From Anaerolineaceae bacterium (GTDB lineage: Bacteria > Chloroflexota > Anaerolineae > Anaerolineales > Anaerolineaceae), in the NCBI GenBank assembly GCA_029975475.1, contig JARKPB010000003.1, positions 258,067-322,066 on the forward strand: a stretch of 64,000 nt of DNA, written 5' to 3'. Below the pieces are notes generated by a model. The model was not told the origin of the DNA, made no database searches, and saw only the letters and a list, made by a program, of their open reading frames with translations. How positions within the stretch are numbered: position 1 is the stretch's first letter; every line of letters starts with the position of its first letter. This document shows, in pieces, positions 19,601-27,917 of the stretch. The translations under genes and the position numbers were made by a program.

Positions 19601-22600
19601 TTGCGCGCCACCAGCGCCACATCGGTTTCAGTCCCGAATGTCGCCATCAGCAAAGCCCTGTATGCCACCTCCGGAGCGCACACCACCGGCAACAATGTGA
19701 CCATCGGCGAAATCGTCACCTATGATCTGATCGTGACCCTGCCAGAAGGGGTAACACCCAACACCACACCTTCACTGCGGGTGACAGACCGTGTTCCAGC
19801 CGGGATGCAGTACGTCAACGGCAGCGGTCAGGTGATCCTGGGCACCTTTAACGGCACCGTTCCCGCCCCGACGATCTCACTGGTTACTTCTACGGGTAAC
19901 GGCGACGACGTCCGCTTCGATTTTGGACAGATCACCACCACGGACGATAACGTCACCACCAACAACAGCTTCACCATCCGCCTTCAGGTGCTTGTGCTGG
20001 ATGTGCCGGGCAATGTCGGTGTTGCCACCGGTCAGACCTCCCTGGTCAATGACGCTCAGGCTCGCTCCGGTACTGCCACGACCATTACCAGCAACACGAT
20101 CACCACGCCGGTGATCGAACCGCGCCTGACCATGACCAAATCGGTCAACCCGACCGCTGCCGCGGTCAACGACGTGGTCACCTACACCCTGGTGGTCCAG
20201 AACAACGGCCTGATGACCGCTTACGATGTTCTGATCACAGACCCGCTGTCTGAAACAGTATTCCAGGACATCACCTGCGGGACCATCCCCGCCGGCTTTA
20301 CCTGCTCCACTTCCTCTTCTGGCGGTATCACCACCATCCGACTGGAAAGCGACGGCAGTCCCAGCGGCGGCCAGATTGATGTCGGCGCGCCAAACGCCAA
20401 AACCTTCACCTTTACCGCCAAAGTCAAGGCGATCAGCAACGGCCAGGTGGTGCCCAACACCGCCACGATCGAAAATGAAACCACCTTCCCCGGCGTGGTC
20501 AGCGGGGAGCGCGACGAACCCAACGTCACCGCGAGCGCCAACCTGACCGGCATCGCCCCGGATGTGCGCATCCTGAAGACAGACGGTAAAACCAGTGTGA
20601 TCCCCGGTGAAACCATCGTCTACACCCTGACGGTGGATAACATCGGCACGCGGGTTACCGACAACGTGCGGGTTACCGAAACTGTGCCGACCCACACCAC
20701 CTTCCTGCCGGCTCACCCGGATAACGCCGGCTGGAGCTGCGCCGCAAACACCGCCGGCTCCACCTGCACCTACGACATCCCCGGCACGCTGGCGCTCAAC
20801 ACTCCGGTGGTGCTCAAATTTGCCGTTCAGGTGGACGCGGTTGTGCCAGCGGGCACGCTGCAGGTGGTCAACACAGCCAGCGCAGCGGATAACGGCAGCC
20901 ACGGGGCAGACATCAACCCCGCCAACAATTCCAGCACCGATACAGACACCCTGACCGCCGCTCCCAACGTCAGCGCCGTCAAGAGCGTCAGCCTGTATAA
21001 CGACGTCAACAGCGACGGGAATGCCAACCCCGGGGACACGCTGGAATACACCATCGTGCTCACCAATAACGGTAATCAGGATGCTTCCACAGTATCCTTC
21101 AGCGACAGCCTGGACACCAATCACGACCTGATCGTCGGCTCGGTAACCACCACGCGCGGCACGGTAACCAGCGGCAATACCGCGGGTGATACAGCAGTGG
21201 GGGTTAATGTTGGAACCTTACCCGGCGGTGGAGGCAGCGCGACGATTAAATTCCGCGTAATCGTTGACAGCCCTCTGGCGGCTGGTGTAACCGAAGCACG
21301 CAACCAGGGCTCGGCGAGCGGCGGGAATATCCCCAACACGCCGACCAACCGGGTGGATACTCCGCTCATCGCGGCGCCGGATCTCCAGATCAGCAAGGTG
21401 GATGATGTCGCCGGAGTAATCCCCGGGGATTCAGCCAACAACCAGATCACGTACACCATTACCTACGCCAACACCGGCAATCAGAACGCGACCGGCGTGG
21501 TCATCACCGAAACCGTCCCGGCCAACACCACTTACATCGCCAGCGGTTCTTCCGCCTGGTCGTGCGCCGACGGCGCTCCGGCCGGCACCACCTGCACCCT
21601 GACCATTGGCAACCTGACGGCTGGCGCGGCCCCGGCGAGCGCGGTGTTCAAAGTGCGCGTTAACAACACGGTTCCGGCAGGCGTCACGCAAATTAAGAAT
21701 ACCGTCACCATCGCGGATGACGGCGCCAACGGCGTTGACCCGACGCCCGAAAACAACACGGATGACGAAGATACGCCCGTGAGCGCTGAACCGGATGTCT
21801 ATGTGACCAAGGCGGATAACCCTGATCCGGTTACCCCGGGCGCCACCCTGGCGTACACGCTGACGGTCGGGAACCGCGGCAACCAGGGCGCGACCGGTGT
21901 GGAAGTCACCGAAACCGTCCCGGACAATACCACCTACGTGGCCAGCGGGTCTTCCGCCTGGTCGTGCGCCGACGGCGCTCCGGCCGGCACCACCTGTACC
22001 CTGACGATCGCCTCTCTGCCGGCTGGCAGCGGACAGTCGCTGGTCTTCCGGGTGGCTGTGAATAACCCGGTTCCTGCCGGAACAACCGGGCTGTCAAACT
22101 CGGTCAGCGTCAGGGATGATGGCTCAAATGGAACCGACCCGAACACAGACAACAACCGCGACAGCGAGCCAACCGATATCAACGCGGCCCCGGATTTAAC
22201 CCTTCAGAAGGGAGACGATGATATCACCGCCACACCGGACGGTACAATCACCTACACCATAAATTACAGCAACGTGGGCGATCAAGATGCGACCGGTGTG
22301 ACCATCACTGAGACCATTCCGGCCAATACCAACACGGTCGGCCTGACCAATAGCGGCTGGACCTGCAGCGGTACTTCAGCCGGGTCAACCTGTACCATTT
22401 CTATTGGCGACCTGGCAGGCAATGGCGGGTCTGGCACGGTCAATTTCACCGTGCGCGTCAACACGCCGCTGCCCGCGGGTGTGACTCAGATTGAGAATAC
22501 CGCCTCAATTGACGATGATCATCAAAACGGAATTGACCCGACCCCGAGCAACAACAGCGACAGCGAGGACACCCCTGTCAGTGCTGCCCCGGATATCGCC

Positions 22601-25600
22601 GCGGAAAAGAGCGTATCCCCAACCGGGGCGGTAAAACCGCTTGACATTCTCACGTACACCATCGTGATCACCAACAACGGCGATCAGGATGCTGCAGACG
22701 TCGTGTTTGAAGACTCGCCTGATCCCAACACGTTCCTGCGCGTCTTCTCCGTGTCCACCACCCAGGGCACCGTCATCACCGGAAACAACCCCGGCGACAG
22801 CAGCGTCCGCGTCAACCTGGGCACGATCAGCGGCGGCGGTGGAAGCGCAACAATCACCTTCCAGGCAATCGTTAAAGACCCGGCGGCTGCCGGTGTGGAT
22901 CAAGTGATAAACCAGGGCAAGGTTTCTGGCAGCAACTTCCCGGATGAAGATACCAACCAGGTGAATAACGACCTCACCGCTCAGCCTGACCTGGAGATCA
23001 CCAAGTCAGATGGCGATGTTACCACCGCTACCGGGCAGGTCATCACGTACACGCTGACCTACCGCAACACCGGCAACCAGGATGCCACCGGGGTGGTGAT
23101 CACCGAAACGATCCCGGAAAATACCCATACCGATGGGCTGACCAACACAGGCTGGACCTGCGGCGGTACTTCAGCCGGGTCCACCTGCACCTACACTATC
23201 GGAAACCTGGCCAGCGGCGGAGGCGGCGCGGTCACCTTTGTTGTGCGCGTCAATGATACCCTGCCTGCTGGCATCGATAAGATCGAGAACAGCGCCTCCA
23301 TCGCCGATGACGGCGCCAACGGGGATGACCCAACACCCGATAACAACAAAGATGATGAGGACACACCGGTGGCCGCCCTGCCCGATCTCTATGTGACCAA
23401 AGGCGATGACCCCGACCCGGTTACCCCGGGCAGCACAATCACCTATGACATCACCGTGGGCAACCAGGGCGACCAGGACGCGGCCGGTGTGGTCATCACC
23501 GAAACCGTCCCGGACAATACCACCTACGTGGCCAGCGGTTCTTCCGCCTGGAGCTGCGCCGACGGCGCCGCGGCCGGCACTACCTGCACCCTGACCATTG
23601 CCTCCCTGCCGGCCGGCGAAAGCCGCGATCTGACTTTTATCGTCCGGGTCGCCTCTCCCTTCCCGGCGGGTGTCACCCAGGTACAGAACACGATCAGCGC
23701 AGCGGATGACGGAGAGAACGGCACCGACCCCAATCCCGACAACAACCGCGACAGCGAGCTGACCGACGTGACCGCCGCGCCTGATTTGCGCATCACCAAG
23801 ACGGACGGGGTCAGTCAGGTGGCGGCCGGTTCGCGCCTGACCTACACCATCACCCTGGACAACATCGGGGACAAAGTCGCCACCAACGTGGTGGTCACCG
23901 ATACCTACCCGGAACACACCACCTACGTCTCCAGCAGCCCGGAAGCCGCCAGCCACGACCCCGCCACCCGCACCCTGACCTGGGATCCGATTGACTCAGT
24001 CAGCCCGTCGGACGCCCCGCGCACCATCACGGTGGTGGTGGATGTCAACCAGCCGCTTGACCCGGCGGTCAGCAGCCTGACCAACACCGTGCGCGTGGAA
24101 GATGACGGCATGAACGGCAGCGACCCGGCGGACAACAACACCGCCACGGATGTGGACGCGGTTGGCGGAGGCGGCAAGATCCTGACCGGCACCGATATGT
24201 CTCACACCGGGGGCAGCGATGTCGCCATCGGCGAGATTGTGACCTACCAGATCAACCTGCTGGTCCGCCCCGGATCGCTGGAAGACCTGAAGCTGGTCGA
24301 CACGCTCGACCGCGGCCTGGCGTTGGTGGATTGCCAGGTCAGCGGCGATGCCAACCTGACCTCATCCAGCGGCGATTTTGCTGACTTTTGCAGCCTGCCG
24401 CCGGACGGCGTAATCTTTAAGGTTGGTCCCGAACCGGCTGGCAGCAGCGCTGATGTGGATCAAGGCCGCCAAATGATCCTGGACTTTGGCACGCTGACCA
24501 ATTCCGGCCTGACCGAAGGCAACCTGACCATCACCTACCGCGCGGTGGTGCTGAACTCCGCCGGAAATCGAAATGGAGCGGTGCTGAATAACAACGCGGT
24601 CTGGTCATGGAAAGGCGGGACAGTACCGCTCCCGCCGGTCAGCGTTACGGTTGTCGAGCCAACCCTGTCCATCGGGAAAGAGGCTTCTACCACGGTAGCC
24701 ACGCCGGGTTCGGTGATCACCTTCCGCCTGACCATTTCCAGCGCTCCAGGGAACAACCTGGAAGCCTACGACCTGCTGATGACCGACCTGCTGCCGGACG
24801 GCATGACCTATGTCGAAAATACTCTGAATTATGTGTCCGGCCAGATGCCTGACTACCTGGAATACCGTCTTCCCAACGAACTTCGCGCGGTCTGGAGCAG
24901 CTTTGACCCGCAGGGCGCGCCGACCGTGCTCGAGTTCAGCGTGAAAATCAACGGAAATCTGGGAGGCCGCAGAGATCTGCGCAACACAGCCAATCTGGAA
25001 TGGACCAGCCTGCCGCAGAACGTTTCGACTTCACGGACGACATTCAACCGGCTTGGGACCGAGCGGTCTTACGACCCGGGTTCAGAGGTTAACATCTATG
25101 GCGCCAGCGCCACAGTCAGCCTGAGCGTTCCATCGCGGCTGCCGGACACCGGTTTCGCTCCCGGTAAGGTCACCGACCTGCCGGAGCAGCCCGCCGATAA
25201 GGCTTACCAGCAAACCGGCGACCTGAGCCTGGAAATTCCAGCCCTCAAGGTCACTGTCCCCATCGTCGGCGTACCGCTGGTTAATGGAAAATGGGATTTG
25301 ACCTGGTTGAACCGCCAGGCCGGGTATCTGGAAGGAACAGCCTTCCCCACCTGGAACGGCAACACGGGTTTGACCGCGCATATCTTCACCAGCGACGGCG
25401 CTTCCGGTCCATTCCGCTATCTGGATAAACTGCGCTTTGGCGACCAGGTCCTCATCCACGCCTATGGAAAGAAGTACATCTACTCGGTCCGTCAGGTCCA
25501 GCGCGTCCAGCCCGGCGACCTCTCACCGCTGAAACACGAAGAGAAGCCCTGGCTGACTCTGCTGACCTGTGAAGATTACGATGCCGACAGCGGCTCCTTC

Positions 25601-25651
25601 CGCAGCCGTCTGGCGGTCCGCGCCGTGCTGATCCGCACGGAAGACGAATAA
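13697..25651 (+). CDS. Giant secreted repeat protein (~3984 aa): DUF11-like and isopeptide-pilin-like modules, ending in LPDTG plus a sortase-fold domain
   Basis: One uninterrupted frame. N-terminal signal/anchor region ILSRSTLLLAVLLAAVGQPLRQAEA. Repeated modules of the form xIGExxTYxxxxxVPEG and A-P-D-L-x-I-x-K...TYTxxxxNxGNQDA (conserved repeat domain, DUF11 style). C-terminal LPDTG and TLxTC-type sortase motifs. GAAGGA RBS lies before the ATG at 13697; the ATG at 13688 is an alternative start. Confidence 0.9.
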   Translation: MNQFSPKKLRDFIQKVRFVRILSRSTLLLAVLLAAVGQPLRQAEAAPLQAAVASVSLPGGTAEILMGENFTFDAVFQNPSTEVGYGPFIDLIFPVTGKDGAGAEIDDGIDFLSATYLGVNLTRVVQTFPDDGIGCVPHPYARDASNLPVQVCGTPGDKLVTLQLPFGSLVPSQPDLVASITAKLSPLADVGAGNELLIRARGGYQFGNDELDNPASDPSILGSWDEWYIRPTLLRLTKSYIGPEDETATGPNYPRQYRITVDIADTQTLTDLDLTDVLPINMQYVRVVSTTIRGTPTATSAVSTPSTSSPGGTLTRRFASVTGTTAANDAEMVFEFYIPLRDLNNAYVLPPANGDDRPSEDDAKASGTWDPTDPRDDPVPPDPFPIVVTDARPVDHTLWDKSIAIQKTVATVPYGGQPQPGKVLEYTLNIQISDYFAFDNLIITDIISDGQLWDATFAPSLSVTGNNFNLSEADFNRANYSDPIAPSGDGTTQVTFNLSAELLSRGEPTGRLVGGCIPMSDTRQTGGTGGGDPNCAAYNTGNTVATVKFRTVIQNEFLADTSPNSQSVDQGDVLDNRVTISGRVLNVSNLSPYVPNAFEDDDSSAGVQIRRGALVKTIYAKNGVACDPQPCTNVQAAPGETITYRFTYALPTSDVEDMRFTDFLPLPIFRSAEVTTFDDVVSSAPPAAGHAKFGPTDTFRAKSSIVPTITTSVPQNSITFNYGDYDNSIPPTPETVDILFTVTTRNDPFADGLFLTNQVQAFEGSTNASSQTANSIVQIQIAEPNVMIRKGVVWSDNASAVFSPNPPYPPAVSFSGSGCSRFSGTINSLLLQNSSVFISDISGLDGGDRATYAIIIENQGSSFRGAYDVTVKDLLPPNTTYVPGSLCVTDGTGTALPYTALSGGLTGDGIQIDDPSLDQGGLSAYSETSGKNIAVITFDVTLNSSFPADSSATNTATLTRFASTEGGPNFIPGGKSDQADLSTIPPQVRKDLDSTSLENASNTREQAAIGELATYSVQITVPEGTTLNTRLRDILPAGMVFVRCLSISAPGGVSTNLPGGFASACPVVPQDPAVNPTVSADGQTVEFSLGDLTNTNNTPEPEVLTLTYQAVVRNISSNNEGTTLTNNATLFWDSGSASDAGDTLTIVEPLVIITKSASPTSGDGGDTITFTVELTAVSGANRTDAYNVVFADLIPAGMSYVNNSLAFVPGGGRIAPTTINGASGPSISAAWDKLAPGQTSRLTFDATLTYAVTPTQAITNTGLVTYTSLPGSQPGPLSIYGSHVCERTGDNTQLCGGSANDYYAADPETVSVFNAQINKTLKETSEAHTGGENVVIGEVATYEVKITVPEGSLPAAQLRDILPSGMAFVKCVGLDVPAGVTTDLPGGFPAACPLIPENPAVNPTVSADARTITFNFGNISNSNNSAEAEVITLTYQAIVTNISTNDAGDTLTNTARFSWTGGSVSTSGPTLTILEPRIDVQKAVAVGGAGGAAGDPVTYTVTLRHPTPMIPGDIDAFDLELNDPLPVSPITGNSLIEFSGSPTITVVDSGGSVDSSYFEMVGSNATGWTLRTRAGSEIDFPYSPIRTITISVTGTLSYQAPLGSAVSNTATGRWTSINGSLPDLSVYTSDDTERNGSQSPAHNDYMDTGSVSFNVLNPGVSKVITDTNQSFTSGSNVAIGEIITYRVTYAVPQGTAYEFRSVDTLDNGLAFVDCVSVSNPDGRLTASNGFSCANATYNDATRTMTVDFGNLTNNDTDPLTTEQIVLDYTVVVLNNSVTNRGSAFNNAVTLSWREAPVTGTLRSVSGSAPDVTVVEPTITISKTRTPTTGDAGNTITFTIDLTASNTANTTDAYNVVFSDAIPTGMTYVNGSLAFVSGSGRIAPTTINGATGPNISASWDVLSPGQTSRLTFQVTLDSNVFPTQSITNTGVVTYTSLPGTVAGPLTTHSTDGCERTGDNTQPCGGANNDLRATSATSVSVPNVAISKALYATSGAHTTGNNVTIGEIVTYDLIVTLPEGVTPNTTPSLRVTDRVPAGMQYVNGSGQVILGTFNGTVPAPTISLVTSTGNGDDVRFDFGQITTTDDNVTTNNSFTIRLQVLVLDVPGNVGVATGQTSLVNDAQARSGTATTITSNTITTPVIEPRLTMTKSVNPTAAAVNDVVTYTLVVQNNGLMTAYDVLITDPLSETVFQDITCGTIPAGFTCSTSSSGGITTIRLESDGSPSGGQIDVGAPNAKTFTFTAKVKAISNGQVVPNTATIENETTFPGVVSGERDEPNVTASANLTGIAPDVRILKTDGKTSVIPGETIVYTLTVDNIGTRVTDNVRVTETVPTHTTFLPAHPDNAGWSCAANTAGSTCTYDIPGTLALNTPVVLKFAVQVDAVVPAGTLQVVNTASAADNGSHGADINPANNSSTDTDTLTAAPNVSAVKSVSLYNDVNSDGNANPGDTLEYTIVLTNNGNQDASTVSFSDSLDTNHDLIVGSVTTTRGTVTSGNTAGDTAVGVNVGTLPGGGGSATIKFRVIVDSPLAAGVTEARNQGSASGGNIPNTPTNRVDTPLIAAPDLQISKVDDVAGVIPGDSANNQITYTITYANTGNQNATGVVITETVPANTTYIASGSSAWSCADGAPAGTTCTLTIGNLTAGAAPASAVFKVRVNNTVPAGVTQIKNTVTIADDGANGVDPTPENNTDDEDTPVSAEPDVYVTKADNPDPVTPGATLAYTLTVGNRGNQGATGVEVTETVPDNTTYVASGSSAWSCADGAPAGTTCTLTIASLPAGSGQSLVFRVAVNNPVPAGTTGLSNSVSVRDDGSNGTDPNTDNNRDSEPTDINAAPDLTLQKGDDDITATPDGTITYTINYSNVGDQDATGVTITETIPANTNTVGLTNSGWTCSGTSAGSTCTISIGDLAGNGGSGTVNFTVRVNTPLPAGVTQIENTASIDDDHQNGIDPTPSNNSDSEDTPVSAAPDIAAEKSVSPTGAVKPLDILTYTIVITNNGDQDAADVVFEDSPDPNTFLRVFSVSTTQGTVITGNNPGDSSVRVNLGTISGGGGSATITFQAIVKDPAAAGVDQVINQGKVSGSNFPDEDTNQVNNDLTAQPDLEITKSDGDVTTATGQVITYTLTYRNTGNQDATGVVITETIPENTHTDGLTNTGWTCGGTSAGSTCTYTIGNLASGGGGAVTFVVRVNDTLPAGIDKIENSASIADDGANGDDPTPDNNKDDEDTPVAALPDLYVTKGDDPDPVTPGSTITYDITVGNQGDQDAAGVVITETVPDNTTYVASGSSAWSCADGAAAGTTCTLTIASLPAGESRDLTFIVRVASPFPAGVTQVQNTISAADDGENGTDPNPDNNRDSELTDVTAAPDLRITKTDGVSQVAAGSRLTYTITLDNIGDKVATNVVVTDTYPEHTTYVSSSPEAASHDPATRTLTWDPIDSVSPSDAPRTITVVVDVNQPLDPAVSSLTNTVRVEDDGMNGSDPADNNTATDVDAVGGGGKILTGTDMSHTGGSDVAIGEIVTYQINLLVRPGSLEDLKLVDTLDRGLALVDCQVSGDANLTSSSGDFADFCSLPPDGVIFKVGPEPAGSSADVDQGRQMILDFGTLTNSGLTEGNLTITYRAVVLNSAGNRNGAVLNNNAVWSWKGGTVPLPPVSVTVVEPTLSIGKEASTTVATPGSVITFRLTISSAPGNNLEAYDLLMTDLLPDGMTYVENTLNYVSGQMPDYLEYRLPNELRAVWSSFDPQGAPTVLEFSVKINGNLGGRRDLRNTANLEWTSLPQNVSTSRTTFNRLGTERSYDPGSEVNIYGASATVSLSVPSRLPDTGFAPGKVTDLPEQPADKAYQQTGDLSLEIPALKVTVPIVGVPLVNGKWDLTWLNRQAGYLEGTAFPTWNGNTGLTAHIFTSDGASGPFRYLDKLRFGDQVLIHAYGKKYIYSVRQVQRVQPGDLSPLKHEEKPWLTLLTCEDYDADSGSFRSRLAVRAVLIRTEDE
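16650..20110 (+). repeat. Coding repeats: alternating ~160-aa A modules (IGE..TY...PEG) and ~170-aa B/C modules
   Basis: A modules start near 16650, 17635, 18660 and 19630, with a fifth near 24170. B modules at 17130-17640 and 19135-19630 are clearly paralogous, e.g. TSGDGGDTITFTVELTAVSGANRTDAYNVVFADLIPAGMSYVNNSLAFVPGGGRIAPTTINGASGP versus TTGDAGNTITFTIDLTASNTANTTDAYNVVFSDAIPTGMTYVNGSLAFVSGSGRIAPTTINGATGP. Both carry a CERTGDNTQxCGG loop. Confidence 0.8.
20110..24165 (+). repeat. Ten tandem ~395-415-nt (~132-138 aa) DUF11-type coding repeats
   Basis: Units begin near 20110, 20550, 20955, 21371, 21785, 22184, 22583, 22979, 23375 and 23774, each with an (A/I)xP(D/N/R)(L/V/I)xxxK boundary. The DNA stretches at ~21911-22030 and ~23501-23620 are about 90% identical by eye. 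Confidence 0.85.
25139..25651 (+). other. LPDTG motif (25139-25153) followed by the sortase-fold catalytic domain of the giant ORF
   Basis: LPDTGFAPGKVTDLPEQPADKAYQQTGDLSLEIPALKVTVPIVGVP...GNTGLTAHIF...PWLTLLTCEDYD...RLAVRAVLIRTEDE-stop. Candidate His, TLxTC Cys and Arg occur in sortase order. No hydrophobic helix or basic tail follows LPDTG. Confidence 0.7.
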
Positions 25652-25668
25652 CCTGCGAATAATGATGA

Positions 25669-25706
25669 AAACGAAGTCCCCGGGCTATCCGGGGACTTCG
25701 TTTCTC
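25669..25706. terminator. Bidirectional intrinsic terminator between the giant ORF and lysS
   Basis: 15-bp stem AAACGAAGTCCCCGG / CCGGGGACTTCGTTT with a 5-nt loop. T-rich flanks on both strands. Confidence 0.75.
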
Positions 25707-25715
25707 TTGATCAAC

Positions 25716-27245
25716 CTACTCTTCGCTGTCACGTTCGCGCAGCGGCGGGAAGAGGATCACCTCGCGGATGCTGCGGTGGCCGGTCAAGAGCATGACCAGC
25801 CGGTCAATCCCCATGCCAAAACCCCCGTTTGGCGGCATGCCGTAAGACATGGCTCGCAGGTAATCTTCATCCATCGGGTGGCGTTCCTCATCATCGGCTT
25901 GATAATCCCTGCCCATCTCCAGAAAACGCGCTTCCTGATCGAGGGGATCATTTAATTCGGTAAAAGCGTTGCAAAGTTCCATCCCGCCGATAAAGCCTTC
26001 GAAGCGCTCGACCGTCGTCGGGTCGCCCGGTTTGCTCTTTGCCAGCGGCGAGATATCGCGCGGATAGTCATACAGAAAGGTCGGCTGAATAAAAGTTGGT
26101 TCCAGGTAATCACCCAGGAGCGTGTCAATCAACTTACCGCGAGCGGTGCCGGGCTTAAACTTCATGCCTTTGGATTCCATCACCGCAGCCAGGCTGGCAT
26201 CGTCCGGGTAGAGGTTGATGTCAATTCCGGTGGCTTCAATCAGTCCCTCGCGTAAATTGACCCGCCGCCATGGAGGAGTGAGGTCAATCTCATGGCCGTT
26301 GAATGTAAACTGGCGCGACCCAAGCACCCGGTCTGCCACGTACACCAGCATCTCTTCGGTCAGGTCCATCACGGTCAGATAATTGGCGTGCGCCATGTAA
26401 AATTCCAGCTGGGTAAACTCAGGATTATGCTTGTAAGACACGCCCTCATTGCGGAAATCGCGCCCGATTTCATAGACGCGTTCCAGTCCGCCTACCAGCA
26501 GCCGTTTGAGGTAAAGCTCAAAAGAGATGCGCAGATAAAGATCCTGGTGAAGCTGGTTGTGGTGGGTGATAAAGGGTCGGGCCGCCGCGCCGCCGTAAAT
26601 TGGTTGAAGAATGGGGGTCTCGACTTCAAGAAATCCGCGCGCATCAAGAAATGCTCGCAGCGCGGAAATCACCGCCGCCCGGGTGCGAAAAATCTGGCGG
26701 ACATGCGGGTTTACCGCCAGATCCGCGTAGCGCTGGCGATAACGGCTTTCCGGGTCGCTGAGGGTGGCGTGGCGAACCACCTGACCGTCCACCACCTCGT
26801 CTTTCGCGGCCGGTAAGGGGGTGATGGCTTTGGCGAGCATCCGAAAAGCGGCCACCTGCAGGGTGATTTCGCCCGTGCGGGTGCGGAACATCGTTCCGCG
26901 AGCCTCGATAAAATCGCCCAAATCAAAATCTTCGGCGAATCGCTTCATTTCAGATTCGCCCAGCTCGTTGATGCGGAAAAATAACTGCAGCCTGCCAGCC
27001 CCGTCCTCGATATGGGCAAATGCGATCTTGCCCATCAAGCGGGTCGCGCGCAGCCGCCCGCCGACGATCACCTCGACCAGCTGGGTGCTGCCTGAGCGTT
27101 CCGCTTCTTCAAACAGGCGCACGGCTTCCGCGCTGCTGTGCTTGACGTCTGAGCGGGTGGGATAAGGTTCAATCCCCGCGGCGCGCATGCGCGAGATTTT
27201 CTCCAGGCGAATCTTCTCCAGTTCATTCCATTCCATACGATCCAT
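25716..27245 (-). CDS. lysS: Lysine--tRNA ligase (class II)
   Basis: N-terminal OB anticodon-binding domain ([31 protein letters not shown]). Class II motifs FRNEG and [16 protein letters not shown]. Confidence 0.95.
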   Translation of the reverse strand: MDRMEWNELEKIRLEKISRMRAAGIEPYPTRSDVKHSSAEAVRLFEEAERSGSTQLVEVIVGGRLRATRLMGKIAFAHIEDGAGRLQLFFRINELGESEMKRFAEDFDLGDFIEARGTMFRTRTGEITLQVAAFRMLAKAITPLPAAKDEVVDGQVVRHATLSDPESRYRQRYADLAVNPHVRQIFRTRAAVISALRAFLDARGFLEVETPILQPIYGGAAARPFITHHNQLHQDLYLRISFELYLKRLLVGGLERVYEIGRDFRNEGVSYKHNPEFTQLEFYMAHANYLTVMDLTEEMLVYVADRVLGSRQFTFNGHEIDLTPPWRRVNLREGLIEATGIDINLYPDDASLAAVMESKGMKFKPGTARGKLIDTLLGDYLEPTFIQPTFLYDYPRDISPLAKSKPGDPTTVERFEGFIGGMELCNAFTELNDPLDQEARFLEMGRDYQADDEERHPMDEDYLRAMSYGMPPNGGFGMGIDRLVMLLTGHRSIREVILFPPLRERDSEE

Positions 27246-27287
27246 CCTTCAACAGAATTGAGGCGCTTATCCGCACAACTATACCAT

Positions 27288-27324
27288 AAAAAAAGCCCCG
27301 TCCGATCTGACTGACGGGCGGGGC
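27288..27324 (-). terminator. Intrinsic terminator after greA (possibly partial, ahead of lysS)
   Basis: Minus-strand CCCGTC...GACGGGG hairpin followed by a T7 run (the plus-strand A-run at 27288-27294). Confidence 0.55.
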
Positions 27325-27341
27325 GCTCTGGCCAATAACGC

Positions 27342-27809
27342 TCATTCCACCTTGCGGATAACCACGGTGAACGACCCGTCCGGGGCTTCAACAACGACCT
27401 TATCTCCGGCCTTTCGGCCAAGCAATGCCTTTCCCAGCGGGGATTCATTGGAAATCCGGCCCTCAACCGGGTTCGCTTCAGCCGCCCCGACAATCAGGTA
27501 CTGCTCGTCGGTTTTGGACCCTTCTTCTCGAATGGTCACTTTCGAACCCACCACCACCGCGTCTTTGCTCACTTCCGCTTCATCAATCACGCGGGCGGTC
27601 GCCAGTAAAATATCCAGCTCTTTGATGCGTCCTTCCACAAACGCCTGTTCGTTTTTGGCGGCCTCATATTCGGCGTTATCAATCAGTTCACCGCCGTCCA
27701 TGGCTTCATGCAGCCGCTGGGCGATTTCTTCCCGCTTTACCGTACGTAAAAAATCGAGCTCTTCTTGAAGTTTATTGTAGCCTTCACGAGTCAAGAAAGT
27801 CGTAGGCAT
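27342..27809 (-). CDS. greA: Transcription elongation factor GreA
   Basis: MPTTFLTREGYNKLQEELDFLRTVKREEIAQRLHEAMDGGELIDNAEYEAAKNEQAFVEGRIKEL is the coiled-coil N-terminal domain. A C-terminal FKBP-like domain follows. 155 aa. Confidence 0.95.
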   Translation of the reverse strand: MPTTFLTREGYNKLQEELDFLRTVKREEIAQRLHEAMDGGELIDNAEYEAAKNEQAFVEGRIKELDILLATARVIDEAEVSKDAVVVGSKVTIREEGSKTDEQYLIVGAAEANPVEGRISNESPLGKALLGRKAGDKVVVEAPDGSFTVVIRKVE

Positions 27810-27917
27810 ACCCTCTATCCTTTTATCCAGACGATTGTTTTACCGTAAATTCAGCCCCTGTCGTATGCTTTTACCGGGGTTAAAAGCAAAAGAACCACCC
27901 CAACAGGAGCGATTACC

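Noticed and set aside
20110-24165. A regular ~400-nt periodic repeat array, considered as a possible CRISPR-like or satellite array.
   Set aside because: The period is far too long for CRISPR. There are no short conserved repeats separated by unique spacers. The whole array stays in one reading frame, encoding DUF11-type domains.
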